Of a DNA stretch of 64,000 bases, positions 25,486-34,559 are shown in pieces. The notes under the pieces were generated by a model, which searched no databases, was not told the origin of the DNA, and worked only from the letters and a program-made list of their open reading frames with translations. Origin of the DNA: Acidimicrobiia bacterium (GTDB lineage: Bacteria > Actinomycetota > Acidimicrobiia > Acidimicrobiales > AC-14); the NCBI GenBank assembly GCA_046565765.1, contig JBKHXX010000057.1:14454-78453 (forward strand), written 5' to 3'. Numbering within the stretch: the stretch's first letter is position 1; every line of letters starts with the position of its first letter. A program made the translations under genes and the position numbers.

Positions 25486-26859
25486 ATGACCCGCCCGTCT
25501 ACCCTTCTTCGCCGTGCCCTCGCGGCCGCTGCTGCCCTGCTGCTGGTGGCCTGTGGAGCGGACGGGGACTCCCCCCGCCCCGCGGCCCCGCAAGCGGCTG
25601 CGCCGCCGTTCGACACGGTCACCGCCGCCCCGATGTCGGCCACGGAGCACGATCGGCTGCTGGCGGCCGCCTTCGACGGGTCGAACCGTCTCTACGCCGC
25701 CGGATGGGTGGCGGAAGGGACCGATCAGGCCCTGGCGGTGACCCGTTACGGGGCCGATGGGGCCCTCGACACGTCCTTTGGGACCGCGGGGGTGGCGTCG
25801 GTGAACGTGGCCCGGGGCGGCAAGGCGGCCGAGCTCGCTCGGGGCGTGGTCGTCCAGCCGAGCGGCAAGGTGGTCATCTCCGGCGTGGCCGAACACGATC
25901 CGACGGCGACGGGCGACGGGGCCCGCGACACTGACGTCGTCCTGGCCCGTTTCGACGAGTCGGGACGGCTCGATGCCGGGTTCGGCACCGGTGGGGCGGT
26001 CCGCCTCGACCTCAGCACCGGCGTGGCCGAGGGGTCCGCCTACCGCAGCGACACGTCGTGGGGGCTCACCGCCCTCCCCGACGGGAAGCTGCTGGTGGTG
26101 GCCGGCCAGGTCGCCCCCGGACGCACCGACCTCGACTTCGCCGTGGTCCGCCTCACCGCCGACGGCACGAAGGACACGACCTTCGGCGAGGGCGGGGTGG
26201 CGTTGGTCGGCGTGGCGCCGGGTGTGTCGGAGACGCCTCGTTCGGCGGTGTTGCTGCCCGACGGCCGGGCGGTGGTGGCCGGCTACGCCGCCATCGACGG
26301 GCTCGTGAAGACCATCCTCTTCGCCCTCACGCCCTCAGGCGCCCTCGACCCCTCCTTCGGCACCGGCGGGACCGCCGTCCACGCCCTGCTCGGCAACGTG
26401 GGCGAGGCCTACGCCGTCGGCGTGCTGGGCAACGGCCGGATCGTCACCACCGGCTACGGGAAGGACACGGCCGAGGCCAAGGTCGACCTCATCGCCGGCG
26501 GGTTCACCCCCACGGGGGCGGTCGACCCCGCCCACGGGTCGAACGGGCTGCTGCGGGTGGACGTCGCGGGCGAGGACGACCGGGGCCGCCACCTGGCCAT
26601 CACGCCCGACGGCGGCGCCCTTCTCGTCGGTAGCGGCAAGCCGTCGGCCACCAACCTGGACGCGATGGTCGTACGCCTGGCACGGGACGGCACCCTGCAG
26701 GACCGCCGCCTGGTCGACCTGGGCGGGCCCAACGACGCCTTCTTCGGGGTGGCCGTGTCCCCCGACGGCAGCCGGGCCGCGGCCGTGGGCTACGTCGGCC
26801 AGGACACGTCGGACTCGTCAAAGAACGACGACGGCGCCATCCTCTGGTTGCGGACGTAG
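25486..26859 (+). CDS. Lipoprotein with delta-60-type repeats (predicted beta-propeller)
   Basis: Lipobox LLLVACGADG. Five or more repeats of the pattern DG.LD..FG.GG (ADGALDTSFGTAGVA, SGRLDAGFGTGGAV, DGTKDTTFGEGGVA, SGALDPSFGTGGTA, TGAVDPAHGSNGLL). Confidence 0.8.
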   Translation: MTRPSTLLRRALAAAAALLLVACGADGDSPRPAAPQAAAPPFDTVTAAPMSATEHDRLLAAAFDGSNRLYAAGWVAEGTDQALAVTRYGADGALDTSFGTAGVASVNVARGGKAAELARGVVVQPSGKVVISGVAEHDPTATGDGARDTDVVLARFDESGRLDAGFGTGGAVRLDLSTGVAEGSAYRSDTSWGLTALPDGKLLVVAGQVAPGRTDLDFAVVRLTADGTKDTTFGEGGVALVGVAPGVSETPRSAVLLPDGRAVVAGYAAIDGLVKTILFALTPSGALDPSFGTGGTAVHALLGNVGEAYAVGVLGNGRIVTTGYGKDTAEAKVDLIAGGFTPTGAVDPAHGSNGLLRVDVAGEDDRGRHLAITPDGGALLVGSGKPSATNLDAMVVRLARDGTLQDRRLVDLGGPNDAFFGVAVSPDGSRAAAVGYVGQDTSDSSKNDDGAILWLRT

Positions 26860-26915
26860 GAGGTGGCCCCCGGCGCCCGCGGTGAGTTCCCGGCGCGGCC
26901 GTCGTCCTACCGTGC

Positions 26916-27215
26916 GTGACGCATCCGGGCCCTCGCGGGGAGGTCGTCCTCCTCCGCGGCGGAGCGGAGGTGAGGCGGTGGCCCCTGCCCCTCTGCGCCG
27001 ATCTCGGCCTGGTGGACGCCCTGGCTCACCTCCAGCTGGCCGCCCGGCGGGCCGGGGGACGCATCGAGGTACGCGGGGCGTCGCCCGACCTGGCCGGGCT
27101 GCTGGAGCTGGTGGGTCTGGCGGGCGCGCTAGCCGTCGAGGTGGGCGGGGAGCCCGAAGGCGGCGAAGAGGTTGGTGTCCAGGAAGTTGTGGTGCCCGAC
27201 GATCCGGTCGCCTGA
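26916..27215 (+). CDS. Possible mini-STAS (anti-sigma-antagonist-like) protein with an acidic tail
   Basis: 99-codon ORF with a GTG start. LVDALAHLQLAARRAGGRIEVRGASPDLAGLLELVGLAGAL resembles the C-terminal half of STAS domains. The tail VEVGGEPEGGEEVGVQEVVVPDDPVA resembles tails of small actinobacterial STAS proteins (recollection). It overlaps the convergent sigma gene by 87 nt. Confidence 0.45.
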   Translation: MTHPGPRGEVVLLRGGAEVRRWPLPLCADLGLVDALAHLQLAARRAGGRIEVRGASPDLAGLLELVGLAGALAVEVGGEPEGGEEVGVQEVVVPDDPVA

Positions 27216-28166
27216 CACCTCGATGACCTGGAGCGCCCACGGGTGGTGGCCGCCGGCCGGGTCGGGCCGGTAGGACCCGAAGGCGGCACACCCGTTGGCG
27301 GTGGTCGCCACCAGCCGGGAGCCCCGGCAGCCGATCCCCTCGCCGAGGAACCACTGGCCCATCTGCTCGGGGCCGTAGAGCCAGAAGTCGTAGGGCGGCA
27401 TGGACATGACCGCGTCCTCGTGGAGGAGGGCGACCAGCGAAGGGATGTCGTAGCGCTCGAAGGCCTCCACGTAGCGGGCCAGGAGCGCCTGCTGCTCGGG
27501 GCCCACGGGGGCGGCAGCGGGCGGTCCTGCACCGTCGCCCCCGGCCGACGCTGCGGCCGAGGCCTGGTTGCCGGCCAGTGTGGCCCGGGCTCGTTGCAGG
27601 GCGCTGTTGACCGACGCCACGCTCGTCTCGAGCAGCTCGGCCACCTCGGCCGCCTGCCAGCGCAGCACTTCCCGGAGGATCAGCACCGCCCGCTGGCGGG
27701 CGGGCAGCTGCTGGAGGGCGGTGACGAACGCCAGGCGCACCGTCTCGCGGGCCTCGGCCACCGCCGCCGGGTCGGCCGCCTCGGGCAGCACCTTGGCGTC
27801 GAGGATGGGGGTGACCCACGCGTGCTCCGGGCGCTGGGCGCCGGTGAACGAGTCGGCCTTGCCCGCCGGCCCCAGATCCATGGGCGTGGCCCGGCGCTGG
27901 CGGCCCCGAAGCATGTCGAGGCAGACGTTGGTGGCGATCCGGTAGACCCAGGACCGCACCGCCGAGCGGCCCTCGAAGCCGTCCCCGGCCTTCCAGGCCC
28001 GGACCATCGTCTCCTGGACGGCGTCCTCCGCCTCGAACGCCGACCCGAGCATGCGGTAGCAGTAGCCGGTCAACTCCCGGCGGTACTGCTCCAGGTCCTC
28101 GGGCTGGAAGCCGGTGGCGGTCGCATTGTCGGTTGAGAGTGCCACTTCGGGGATTCTACGGGGCAC
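27129..28166 (-). CDS. ECF sigma factor with a C-terminal SnoaL/NTF2-like domain (SigG/SigJ, TIGR02960-like)
   Basis: Region 2 is YRRELTGYCYRMLGSAFEAEDAVQETMVRAWK...VRSWVYRIATNVCLDMLR. Region 4 is LPARQRAVLILREVLRWQAAEVAELLETSVASVNSALQRAR. The C-terminal ~130 aa end in ...NLFAAFGLPAHLDG. Confidence 0.85.
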   Translation of the reverse strand: MPRRIPEVALSTDNATATGFQPEDLEQYRRELTGYCYRMLGSAFEAEDAVQETMVRAWKAGDGFEGRSAVRSWVYRIATNVCLDMLRGRQRRATPMDLGPAGKADSFTGAQRPEHAWVTPILDAKVLPEAADPAAVAEARETVRLAFVTALQQLPARQRAVLILREVLRWQAAEVAELLETSVASVNSALQRARATLAGNQASAAASAGGDGAGPPAAAPVGPEQQALLARYVEAFERYDIPSLVALLHEDAVMSMPPYDFWLYGPEQMGQWFLGEGIGCRGSRLVATTANGCAAFGSYRPDPAGGHHPWALQVIEVSGDRIVGHHNFLDTNLFAAFGLPAHLDG

Positions 28167-28208
28167 CTCCCCCGACCGCGCGGGCGGGCGGGGCCGGGTG
28201 ACGCGCCC

Positions 28209-29057
28209 TCAGGCCCGGGGCGCCGTGGCGTCGGCCGCGTCGGCCACGTCGAGGCGCTTGCGGCACGACAGGCGGCCGGTGGCGACGGGCGATTCGAACG
28301 TGCCCGCGGTGGGGGCCACGTCGACGTAGTCGCGGCCGACGGCCACGGTGAGGTAGCCGTCCTCGGCCCGCCGGTCGTGGGTGGGGTCGAAGGCCACGGC
28401 GAGGGCCCGGTCGGCGTGGCCCTGGTCCTCGACCAGCACCTCCACCCAGGCGTGGGAGCCTCCCTCGCCCAGGAGGTGGCCCGACACGTACCGAGCCGGC
28501 AGGCCGCACGCCCGGCTCACGGCGAGCATGACGTGGGCGTAGTCCTGGCAGACCCCCGCCCCGAGGTCGAGCGCCTCGGCTGCCGTCGTATGGACCGTGG
28601 TGGCGTCGAAGTCGTACCGCATCCGGGCGTGGACCCAGCCGGTGATCCGCTCGGCCAGCTCCAGCGCCGGCCCGGGCACGGCGGTCAGCTCGGCCGCGGC
28701 GCCGAGGACGGCGGCGCTCGGCACGGTGAGGCGCGACGGCCGCAGGTAGGCCGGATAGCTCATGGCTGCCCGGCCGACGACGGCGGGCGCGGCCGACGCG
28801 CAGCGCACCACCTCCACCTTCGCCTCGAAGGCGATCGTCTCCTCCACCACCTCGGCCCGGACGTGGATCACGTGGTTCCCGAACCGGTCCCGGGCGGCCC
28901 ATCGCTCGGCCGGCGCTCCGGTCACGTCCACTGCATGGCGCACGAGGGTCTGGTCGCCGTGGACCTCGGGAGGCACCACCACCAGCCGGTGGCGGAGGTC
29001 GGTGACGGGCGCCGAGTAGTCATAGCGGAACGCCTGCCGGAGGAGGTAGCTGGTCAC
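28209..29057 (-). CDS. Transglutaminase-like cysteine peptidase family protein (Bact_transglu_N + core)
   Basis: Track ORF 28209..29270 trimmed to GTG 29057 (GTGA overlap with the upstream stop). Motifs: YLLRQAFRYDYSAPV..., catalytic GAGVCQDYAH, SGHLLGEGGSHAWVEV, FDPTH. Confidence 0.8.
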   Translation of the reverse strand: MTSYLLRQAFRYDYSAPVTDLRHRLVVVPPEVHGDQTLVRHAVDVTGAPAERWAARDRFGNHVIHVRAEVVEETIAFEAKVEVVRCASAAPAVVGRAAMSYPAYLRPSRLTVPSAAVLGAAAELTAVPGPALELAERITGWVHARMRYDFDATTVHTTAAEALDLGAGVCQDYAHVMLAVSRACGLPARYVSGHLLGEGGSHAWVEVLVEDQGHADRALAVAFDPTHDRRAEDGYLTVAVGRDYVDVAPTAGTFESPVATGRLSCRKRLDVADAADATAPRA

Positions 29058-29914
29058 TCCGCGCCCTCCCCGGCCGGGAGGTCGGCCAGCCCGGAGTCGA
29101 CCTCGTCTGCCCACACCGTCATCGTCTCGAGCTGGGGGGCGCCATAGGTGGTGGCCATGGCCACGTCGGCCGCGTCCCGGCCCCGGGAGATCACCACCCG
29201 GCCCATGCGGGGGACGTTGTTGCGGGGATCGAACGTCCACCACCGCCCACCGAGGTAGGCCTCGAACCACGAGCAGAAGTCCATCGGCAGGTCCGGCGGG
29301 GGAACGGCGATGTCGGGCAGGTACCCGGACACGTACCGGGCCGGGATGTTGAGCGCCCGGCAGTAGGCGATGCCCACGTGCGTGTAGTCCCGGCAGACAC
29401 CCCTCCGCGAGGCCAGCGCGTCGGCCGAGGTGGTGTGCGGGCCGGTGCTGCCCATCTCGTAGCGGATGCTCCGGTGGACCCAGTCGACCACCGCCTGCAC
29501 CCGCTCCCAGCCCGGCTTGGTGTCGCCGAAGAGGTCCCAGGCCTCCTCGATGACCAGGTCGGACAGGCAGAACCGGCTGGCCAGGAGGTACACCAGGGCG
29601 GAGTCGGGCAGGTCCTCCACCGGCACCTGGATGGCCCTCTCGTCGATGTCGTCGACCGCCCGCGGCACCTCCACCAGGGCGTCGTAGCGGACGCTGCTGG
29701 CTCCCTCGGGGAGCGTCATCCGGTCACAGACGTTGCCGAAGCCGTCCAGGTAGGAGCGCATGGGGACGAACGGCACGCTGGTCCACGTGCTGGTGATGAC
29801 CTGATGGGCCCCGTCGAGGCGCGCCCGTACCTGCCAGACGGCAGGCGTGGGCCCCGGGGCCTCGTACTCGAACTGGCAGCCGACGCGCACCCGCACCGTC
29901 GCAGCATGCCCCAT
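29054..29914 (-). CDS. Transglutaminase-like cysteine peptidase family protein
   Basis: RRGVCRDYTHVGIAYCRALNIPARYVSGYL...WFEAYLGGRWWTFDPRN gives a Cys-His-Asp arrangement, preceded by the N-terminal beta domain. Confidence 0.85.
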   Translation of the reverse strand: MGHAATVRVRVGCQFEYEAPGPTPAVWQVRARLDGAHQVITSTWTSVPFVPMRSYLDGFGNVCDRMTLPEGASSVRYDALVEVPRAVDDIDERAIQVPVEDLPDSALVYLLASRFCLSDLVIEEAWDLFGDTKPGWERVQAVVDWVHRSIRYEMGSTGPHTTSADALASRRGVCRDYTHVGIAYCRALNIPARYVSGYLPDIAVPPPDLPMDFCSWFEAYLGGRWWTFDPRNNVPRMGRVVISRGRDAADVAMATTYGAPQLETMTVWADEVDSGLADLPAGEGAE

Positions 29915-30035
29915 GCGGCCCGGGTCGATGCCCGCGCCCGGGTGACCATCGCGTGAACGGTCGAGTCCTCTAGGTGGCGAGGGCGCCGTGCTCGGCGCGA
30001 GCCGCCTCCATGCGACGCTCCCACGCGTCGGGCAT

Positions 30036-31082
30036 CTAGCCGTCGTCGACCAGCAGCTTCGCCAGCTGGCAGCGTCGCCGTTGCTGGCCGTCGACCGCGG
30101 CCCCGAACTCGTCCTCCTCGACGATCGGGATGCCCGCGTCGTGGAGGGCGCCCAGGTCCGGGGCCCGGAGCGGACCCGGCGCCCCGCTTACGAACGCGTC
30201 CTCGACGGTGTCGAGGTACCAGCCCACGGCCCGGGCCAGCGGCTCGGTGACCACCGGGTCCAGGCGCACGCCGGGGCCGACTCCGTAGCGCAGGAGGGTC
30301 AGGGCGTCGTCTAGCACGGCCAGGCTGAGGGCGGTCGAGGTCCGCACCCGGGCACTGTGGAAGTACTGGAGCACGGGGTAGGTCAGGTGGCGCTCGGCGA
30401 GCCCGTGCACCATGGGCGTGAGGGCCACCAGGTGCTGTTCGAGGCCGTCCAGCCGACCGTCCCTCCAGCCCCGACGGACGAGCCGGTCCGGCGTGTCCCC
30501 CAGCGACCAGATGTAGGCCCCCAGCTCCCGTCGCTCGGCGAGAGCCGTCGCCACGGGCACGAAGTAGCTGATGGCCAGGGTGACGAACACCACGCCCGTG
30601 GCGGTGGCGCCGATCCTGGCGAACTGCCACGCCCCCGCACCCGCCGACAGCTCGGCGCTGTCCAGGGTGAACAGCCCGGCCCCCGCGAACTGCACACGCT
30701 CCACGACGCTGGCCGGCTCGCCGCTGTCGGCGTCGACCACCGCCCCGCCCGTGGCGGAGAACACCATCGCCCACCCCACCCAGGCGGCCACGGCCCAGAG
30801 GAGCACGATCACGACGACCAGGGCGATGCCGGCCACCGTCAGGAACCGGTGGCGAGGCCCGTCGGAGCGCCGGCCCACGGCCAGCGCCAGGCGCCACAGC
30901 CGGGCGCAGACGCGCCCGCTCAAGGGCCCCGCGCCTGAGCCGGCGGCAGCGGCCGTCCAGATCACGTCCAGCAGCGCCACCGCCACCAGCGCCAACCCGG
31001 CCGCTACAAGGACCACCGCCACGCACCGGTCCTTCCCCGCCCGCACCGGCGTCAGTCCCGGGCCGTCGCGGCGTTCGGGCAC
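30036..31082 (-). CDS. Membrane protein with ion-channel-like pore-loop architecture plus a soluble C-terminal domain
   Basis: Several TM helices. A segment ERVQFAGAGLFTLDSAELSAGAGAWQFARIGATATGVVFVTLAISYF is arranged like a pore helix, filter and inner helix, but lacks a TxGYG filter. The start is uncertain. Confidence 0.55.
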   Translation of the reverse strand: MPERRDGPGLTPVRAGKDRCVAVVLVAAGLALVAVALLDVIWTAAAAGSGAGPLSGRVCARLWRLALAVGRRSDGPRHRFLTVAGIALVVVIVLLWAVAAWVGWAMVFSATGGAVVDADSGEPASVVERVQFAGAGLFTLDSAELSAGAGAWQFARIGATATGVVFVTLAISYFVPVATALAERRELGAYIWSLGDTPDRLVRRGWRDGRLDGLEQHLVALTPMVHGLAERHLTYPVLQYFHSARVRTSTALSLAVLDDALTLLRYGVGPGVRLDPVVTEPLARAVGWYLDTVEDAFVSGAPGPLRAPDLGALHDAGIPIVEEDEFGAAVDGQQRRRCQLAKLLVDDG

Positions 31083-31195
31083 GCAGGCCGGAGCACTAAC
31101 GTCTGCCGGCGGTCGACACCCTCGATGTCCGTGGCTCAGCCACCCCTGACACGCCCGCGCCCGTCGAGGGCGACGAGGCTCCTGGCCGCCGCGAC

Positions 31196-32719
31196 GTGCT
31201 ACTCGGGCTCGTCTGCCTGGTCCTGGTGGGACTGCTGGTGGCCGACCGGTCCCGCCTGCTCGAGCACTTCGGCTTCCCCTTCACCGACGAGGACCAGGCC
31301 GTCCTCTGGTACACGGCGGAGGACCTCCGGGCCGGTCATGTGCGAGCGCCTTACTTCTACGGGCAGTCCTACGGGAGCTGGTTCGAGGCCCTGCTGGCCG
31401 TGCCGCTGCGGGCCGCCGGCGTGGCCTTGCGCCACGGCCTTCCCATTGCCGGCACCATCTTCAGCCTGCTCCCCGCCCTGCTGCTGGCCGGCGTGGCCTG
31501 GCAGAGGCGGGCTCGCCTGGCCGCGGCCGGGATCCTCGCCGGCTACCTGCTGCTGAGCACAGAGGCGGTGGCCGCCTACGCCATGCCCCGCGGCCTGGCG
31601 CCCGGCATCGCCCTCGCCGCCCTGGCGGTCGCCGTCGCGGTGGCCTGGGCGCCAGGAGCCCTGGCCATGTTGGTCTTCGGCTGCATCGCCACCGTCGCGG
31701 CATCCTTCAACGAGTCGTCGCTGCTGTTGGCGGCCCCCGCCGCCGCCTACTTCGCGCTGCGCCACTGGCGCTCCGGGCGGATGTGGCTTTCGCTGGTGGT
31801 CGGCGTCGAGCTCGGCCTGGTGTTCCACGTGCTCGCCCGGCGGTTCTACGAGGACCACCCCGCGTACGAGGTCCACTACCGGTGGCCGCTGGCCATCGAG
31901 TCCGACCACCTGCGGGAGAACAGCGCCCGCCTCCACGACTACTTCACCGCCTTCAGCTTCGACTTCCTGCGGTCGCCGGCGGTGCCCTTCGTCGTGGCCG
32001 CCGTGCTCGGCGTCGTGCTCATCTCCCGCCGTGGGCTGCCCGGCGTGGCCGCCTTCACGGCCGCCGTCGTGGCCGGCGTCGCCACCCTGGCCACGGCCAA
32101 GGCGGCCGACGGCAGCCCATCGGTGTTCTTCCCCTACTTCCGCTTCTTCTTCGTCGTCCCTGCGCTCATCGCCTTCTTCGCGGTGGAGGCCTCCAGCGGC
32201 CGGCCCCTGCGCCGCTGGCTCTCCCGCACGGCTGCCCTGACGATCCTGGCGGTGGGCGTCGCCGGCTTCGCCTGGCGCGGCGCGAACGTCGAGAGCGAGG
32301 TCCGGCGCCTCACCGCCGGCGACACCGAGGGCCGCTACCAGCCGCCCACCATCACCGACTGGGCTCTCGACGACTGCCGCCAGATCGGGGGGCTGGCCCG
32401 GGCCCACGACGCCCGCCTGGTGGTGTACCTGAAGGACCGGGTCGTGCCCTACCTGTGCGGCGCCGAGCTGTACGGCGACGTCCAGACGCTCTTCCCCAGC
32501 TACGAGCGCCGCACGTGGGAGCTCGAAAGGGAGTCGGTCCAGCCCCGAACGAAGATGGTGGTCTCGGGCGCGGGTCCCGACTTCTGTCAGAACGCAGCGT
32601 GGGCGGCCACGTCGTGCCAGCAGGTCAACCAGCGGCTGGACCTGGCCGTGCTGGAGTTCCCTCCCCAGCCGGCGGTTCCGCTGCTCCGGCGTCTCGGGGT
32701 GACCGTCGGGGCGTTCTGA
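31196..32719 (+). CDS. Polytopic membrane protein with a C-terminal extracytoplasmic Cys-containing domain (GT-C-like topology; family not recognised)
   Basis: About 10 hydrophobic segments are followed by ...DDCRQIGGLARAHDARLVVYLKDRVVPYLCGAELYG...DFCQNAAWAATSCQQV. GTG start. Confidence 0.6.
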   Translation: MLLGLVCLVLVGLLVADRSRLLEHFGFPFTDEDQAVLWYTAEDLRAGHVRAPYFYGQSYGSWFEALLAVPLRAAGVALRHGLPIAGTIFSLLPALLLAGVAWQRRARLAAAGILAGYLLLSTEAVAAYAMPRGLAPGIALAALAVAVAVAWAPGALAMLVFGCIATVAASFNESSLLLAAPAAAYFALRHWRSGRMWLSLVVGVELGLVFHVLARRFYEDHPAYEVHYRWPLAIESDHLRENSARLHDYFTAFSFDFLRSPAVPFVVAAVLGVVLISRRGLPGVAAFTAAVVAGVATLATAKAADGSPSVFFPYFRFFFVVPALIAFFAVEASSGRPLRRWLSRTAALTILAVGVAGFAWRGANVESEVRRLTAGDTEGRYQPPTITDWALDDCRQIGGLARAHDARLVVYLKDRVVPYLCGAELYGDVQTLFPSYERRTWELERESVQPRTKMVVSGAGPDFCQNAAWAATSCQQVNQRLDLAVLEFPPQPAVPLLRRLGVTVGAF

Positions 32720-33587
32720 CGATGGTGTGGTGGGGGTCGAGGGCGTCGCGGACCCCGTCGCCGAGCAGGTTGAACCCGAGCACGGCCAGGCTGATCGTCA
32801 GCCCCGGGATCAGCACCACCTGCGGGTCGGACAGGAAGTAGATCCGGCTCTCGTTGAGCATGGCGCCCCACTCCGGTGTCGGCGGGGGCGCCCCGAGGCC
32901 GAGGAACGTCAGCCCGGCGACGGCCAGGATCAGCTGGCCGATCTCCAGGGTGGCCAGGACGACCACCGGCGAGACGGCGCTGGGCAGCACGTGGCGCAGC
33001 ATGATCCGGCCTTCGGTGGCTCCCGCCGAGCGGGCCGCCTCCACGAAGGGTCGCTCCCGGATGGTGAGCACCAGCCCCCGTACCACCCGGGCGTAGCCCG
33101 CCCACCAGATCGTGACCAGACCGAGCATCACCGCGGTCAGGCTCTGGGCGAAGAGTCCGGTCACGGCCAGAGCCAGCGCCAGTCCGGGCACGGCCAGCAC
33201 CACGTCCACCAGCCGCATCAGCACCCGGTCGAGCATCCCCCCGTAGAAGCCGGCGAGGGTGCCGACGACCACCCCGACCACCGTGACCAGCAGCGACGCC
33301 AGCAGAGCCGTCCCCAACGACAGGCGGGCGCCGGTCAGCAGCCGGCTCAGGACGTCGCGCCCGAGGCCGTCGGTGCCGAGGGGGTGGCGGAGGCTCGGTC
33401 CCTCCAGCCGCTCCACGGTCACCTCGAGGGGATCATGGGGGGCCAGGGCGGGGCCGAAGACGGCCATGAACAGGAAGAGCGTCACCAGCGCGAGGCCGAT
33501 CCGGGCCCCCGGGTCGCGCAGCAGCCGCCGCGCCGCCCCCGACGTCGGCGGCGCCCACGCCGCGACCTCCCCACCGCTGAGGCTCAT
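32625..33587 (-). CDS. ABC transporter permease (DppC/OppC/NikC type)
   Basis: EAA-loop region VEAARSAGATEGRIMLRHVLPS and ending GFNLLGDGVRDALDP. An unusual 35-aa tail past the conserved end overlaps the convergent gene by 95 nt. Confidence 0.85.
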   Translation of the reverse strand: MSLSGGEVAAWAPPTSGAARRLLRDPGARIGLALVTLFLFMAVFGPALAPHDPLEVTVERLEGPSLRHPLGTDGLGRDVLSRLLTGARLSLGTALLASLLVTVVGVVVGTLAGFYGGMLDRVLMRLVDVVLAVPGLALALAVTGLFAQSLTAVMLGLVTIWWAGYARVVRGLVLTIRERPFVEAARSAGATEGRIMLRHVLPSAVSPVVVLATLEIGQLILAVAGLTFLGLGAPPPTPEWGAMLNESRIYFLSDPQVVLIPGLTISLAVLGFNLLGDGVRDALDPHHTIVRTPRRSPRDAGAAEPPAGEGTPARPGPAAG

Positions 33588-34528
33588 GGCCGCCGGCCCT
33601 CCACGCGCACTCGAGGGTCGAGCCGGGCGTAGCTGAGGTCGACGAGGAGGTTCACGACCAGGTACACGGCCGCCGCGAACAGCACGAAGCCTTGCACCAG
33701 GGGGTAGTCACGGTCGTGGATGGCGCTCACCGCCAGCTCGCCCATCCCCGGCCAGGCGAAGACGTACTCGACGATGAGCGACCCACCGAGGAGATGGCCT
33801 ACCGACAACCCCGCCACGGTCACCACCGGCACCAGGGCGTTGCGCAGGGCATGGCGGAACAGGACGGCAGTCGCTCGTGCCCCCTTGGAGCGGGCGGTGC
33901 GCACGAAGTCCTCGCCCAGCACCTCGAGCACCGCGGAGCGGGTCAGCCGGGCCAGGACCGCCGCCGGCCCCAGTGCCAGGGTCACCGCCGGGAGCACGAG
34001 ATGGGCCGCCGAGCCGAAGCCGAACACGGGCAGGGCCCGCGACCGCACCGCGAACAGCCAGATGAGCACGTAGGCCAGGAAGAAGCTCGGCAGCGAGGCG
34101 CCGAACAGCGCCCCGACGCGGGACACATGGTCGAGGAGGGTGTTGCGGCGGGTGGCGGCCAGGACGCCGATGGGGATGCCGATGAGCAGTGACAGGGCGG
34201 CGGCCGAGAGGGCGAGGGCGGCCGTCCTGGGGACCCGTTCACCCAGAGCGTCCTGCACCTTCACGCCCCGCAGCCAGGAGTTCCCGAAGTCGCCCCGCAC
34301 CGCCCCGCCCAGCCAGTCCACGTACTGCACGGGCAGCGGCCGGTCGGTGCCGAGCTCCCTGCGCATCTCGGTCAGCTGGGCGTCGGTCGGCGGCTGGCCC
34401 AGCGACCGCGACAGGACCACCTCGGCCGGTTCACCAGGCGCCAGCACCCCCAGCCCGAAGGTCAGCACCGACACGCCGAGCAGCGCCAGCACGGCCGACG
34501 CCAGCCGCCGGGCGGCGTAGCGCCTCAC
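33584..34528 (-). CDS. ABC transporter permease (DppB/OppB/NikB type)
   Basis: MRRYAARRLASAVLALLGVSVLTF..., FVRTARSKGARATAVLFRHALRNALVPVVT, ending YARLDPRVR. There is a 4-nt overlap with the next permease. Confidence 0.9.
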   Translation of the reverse strand: MRRYAARRLASAVLALLGVSVLTFGLGVLAPGEPAEVVLSRSLGQPPTDAQLTEMRRELGTDRPLPVQYVDWLGGAVRGDFGNSWLRGVKVQDALGERVPRTAALALSAAALSLLIGIPIGVLAATRRNTLLDHVSRVGALFGASLPSFFLAYVLIWLFAVRSRALPVFGFGSAAHLVLPAVTLALGPAAVLARLTRSAVLEVLGEDFVRTARSKGARATAVLFRHALRNALVPVVTVAGLSVGHLLGGSLIVEYVFAWPGMGELAVSAIHDRDYPLVQGFVLFAAAVYLVVNLLVDLSYARLDPRVRVEGRRP

Positions 34529-34559
34529 CGGCTTCCGGAAGGCCGGGAGCGGGCCGGAG

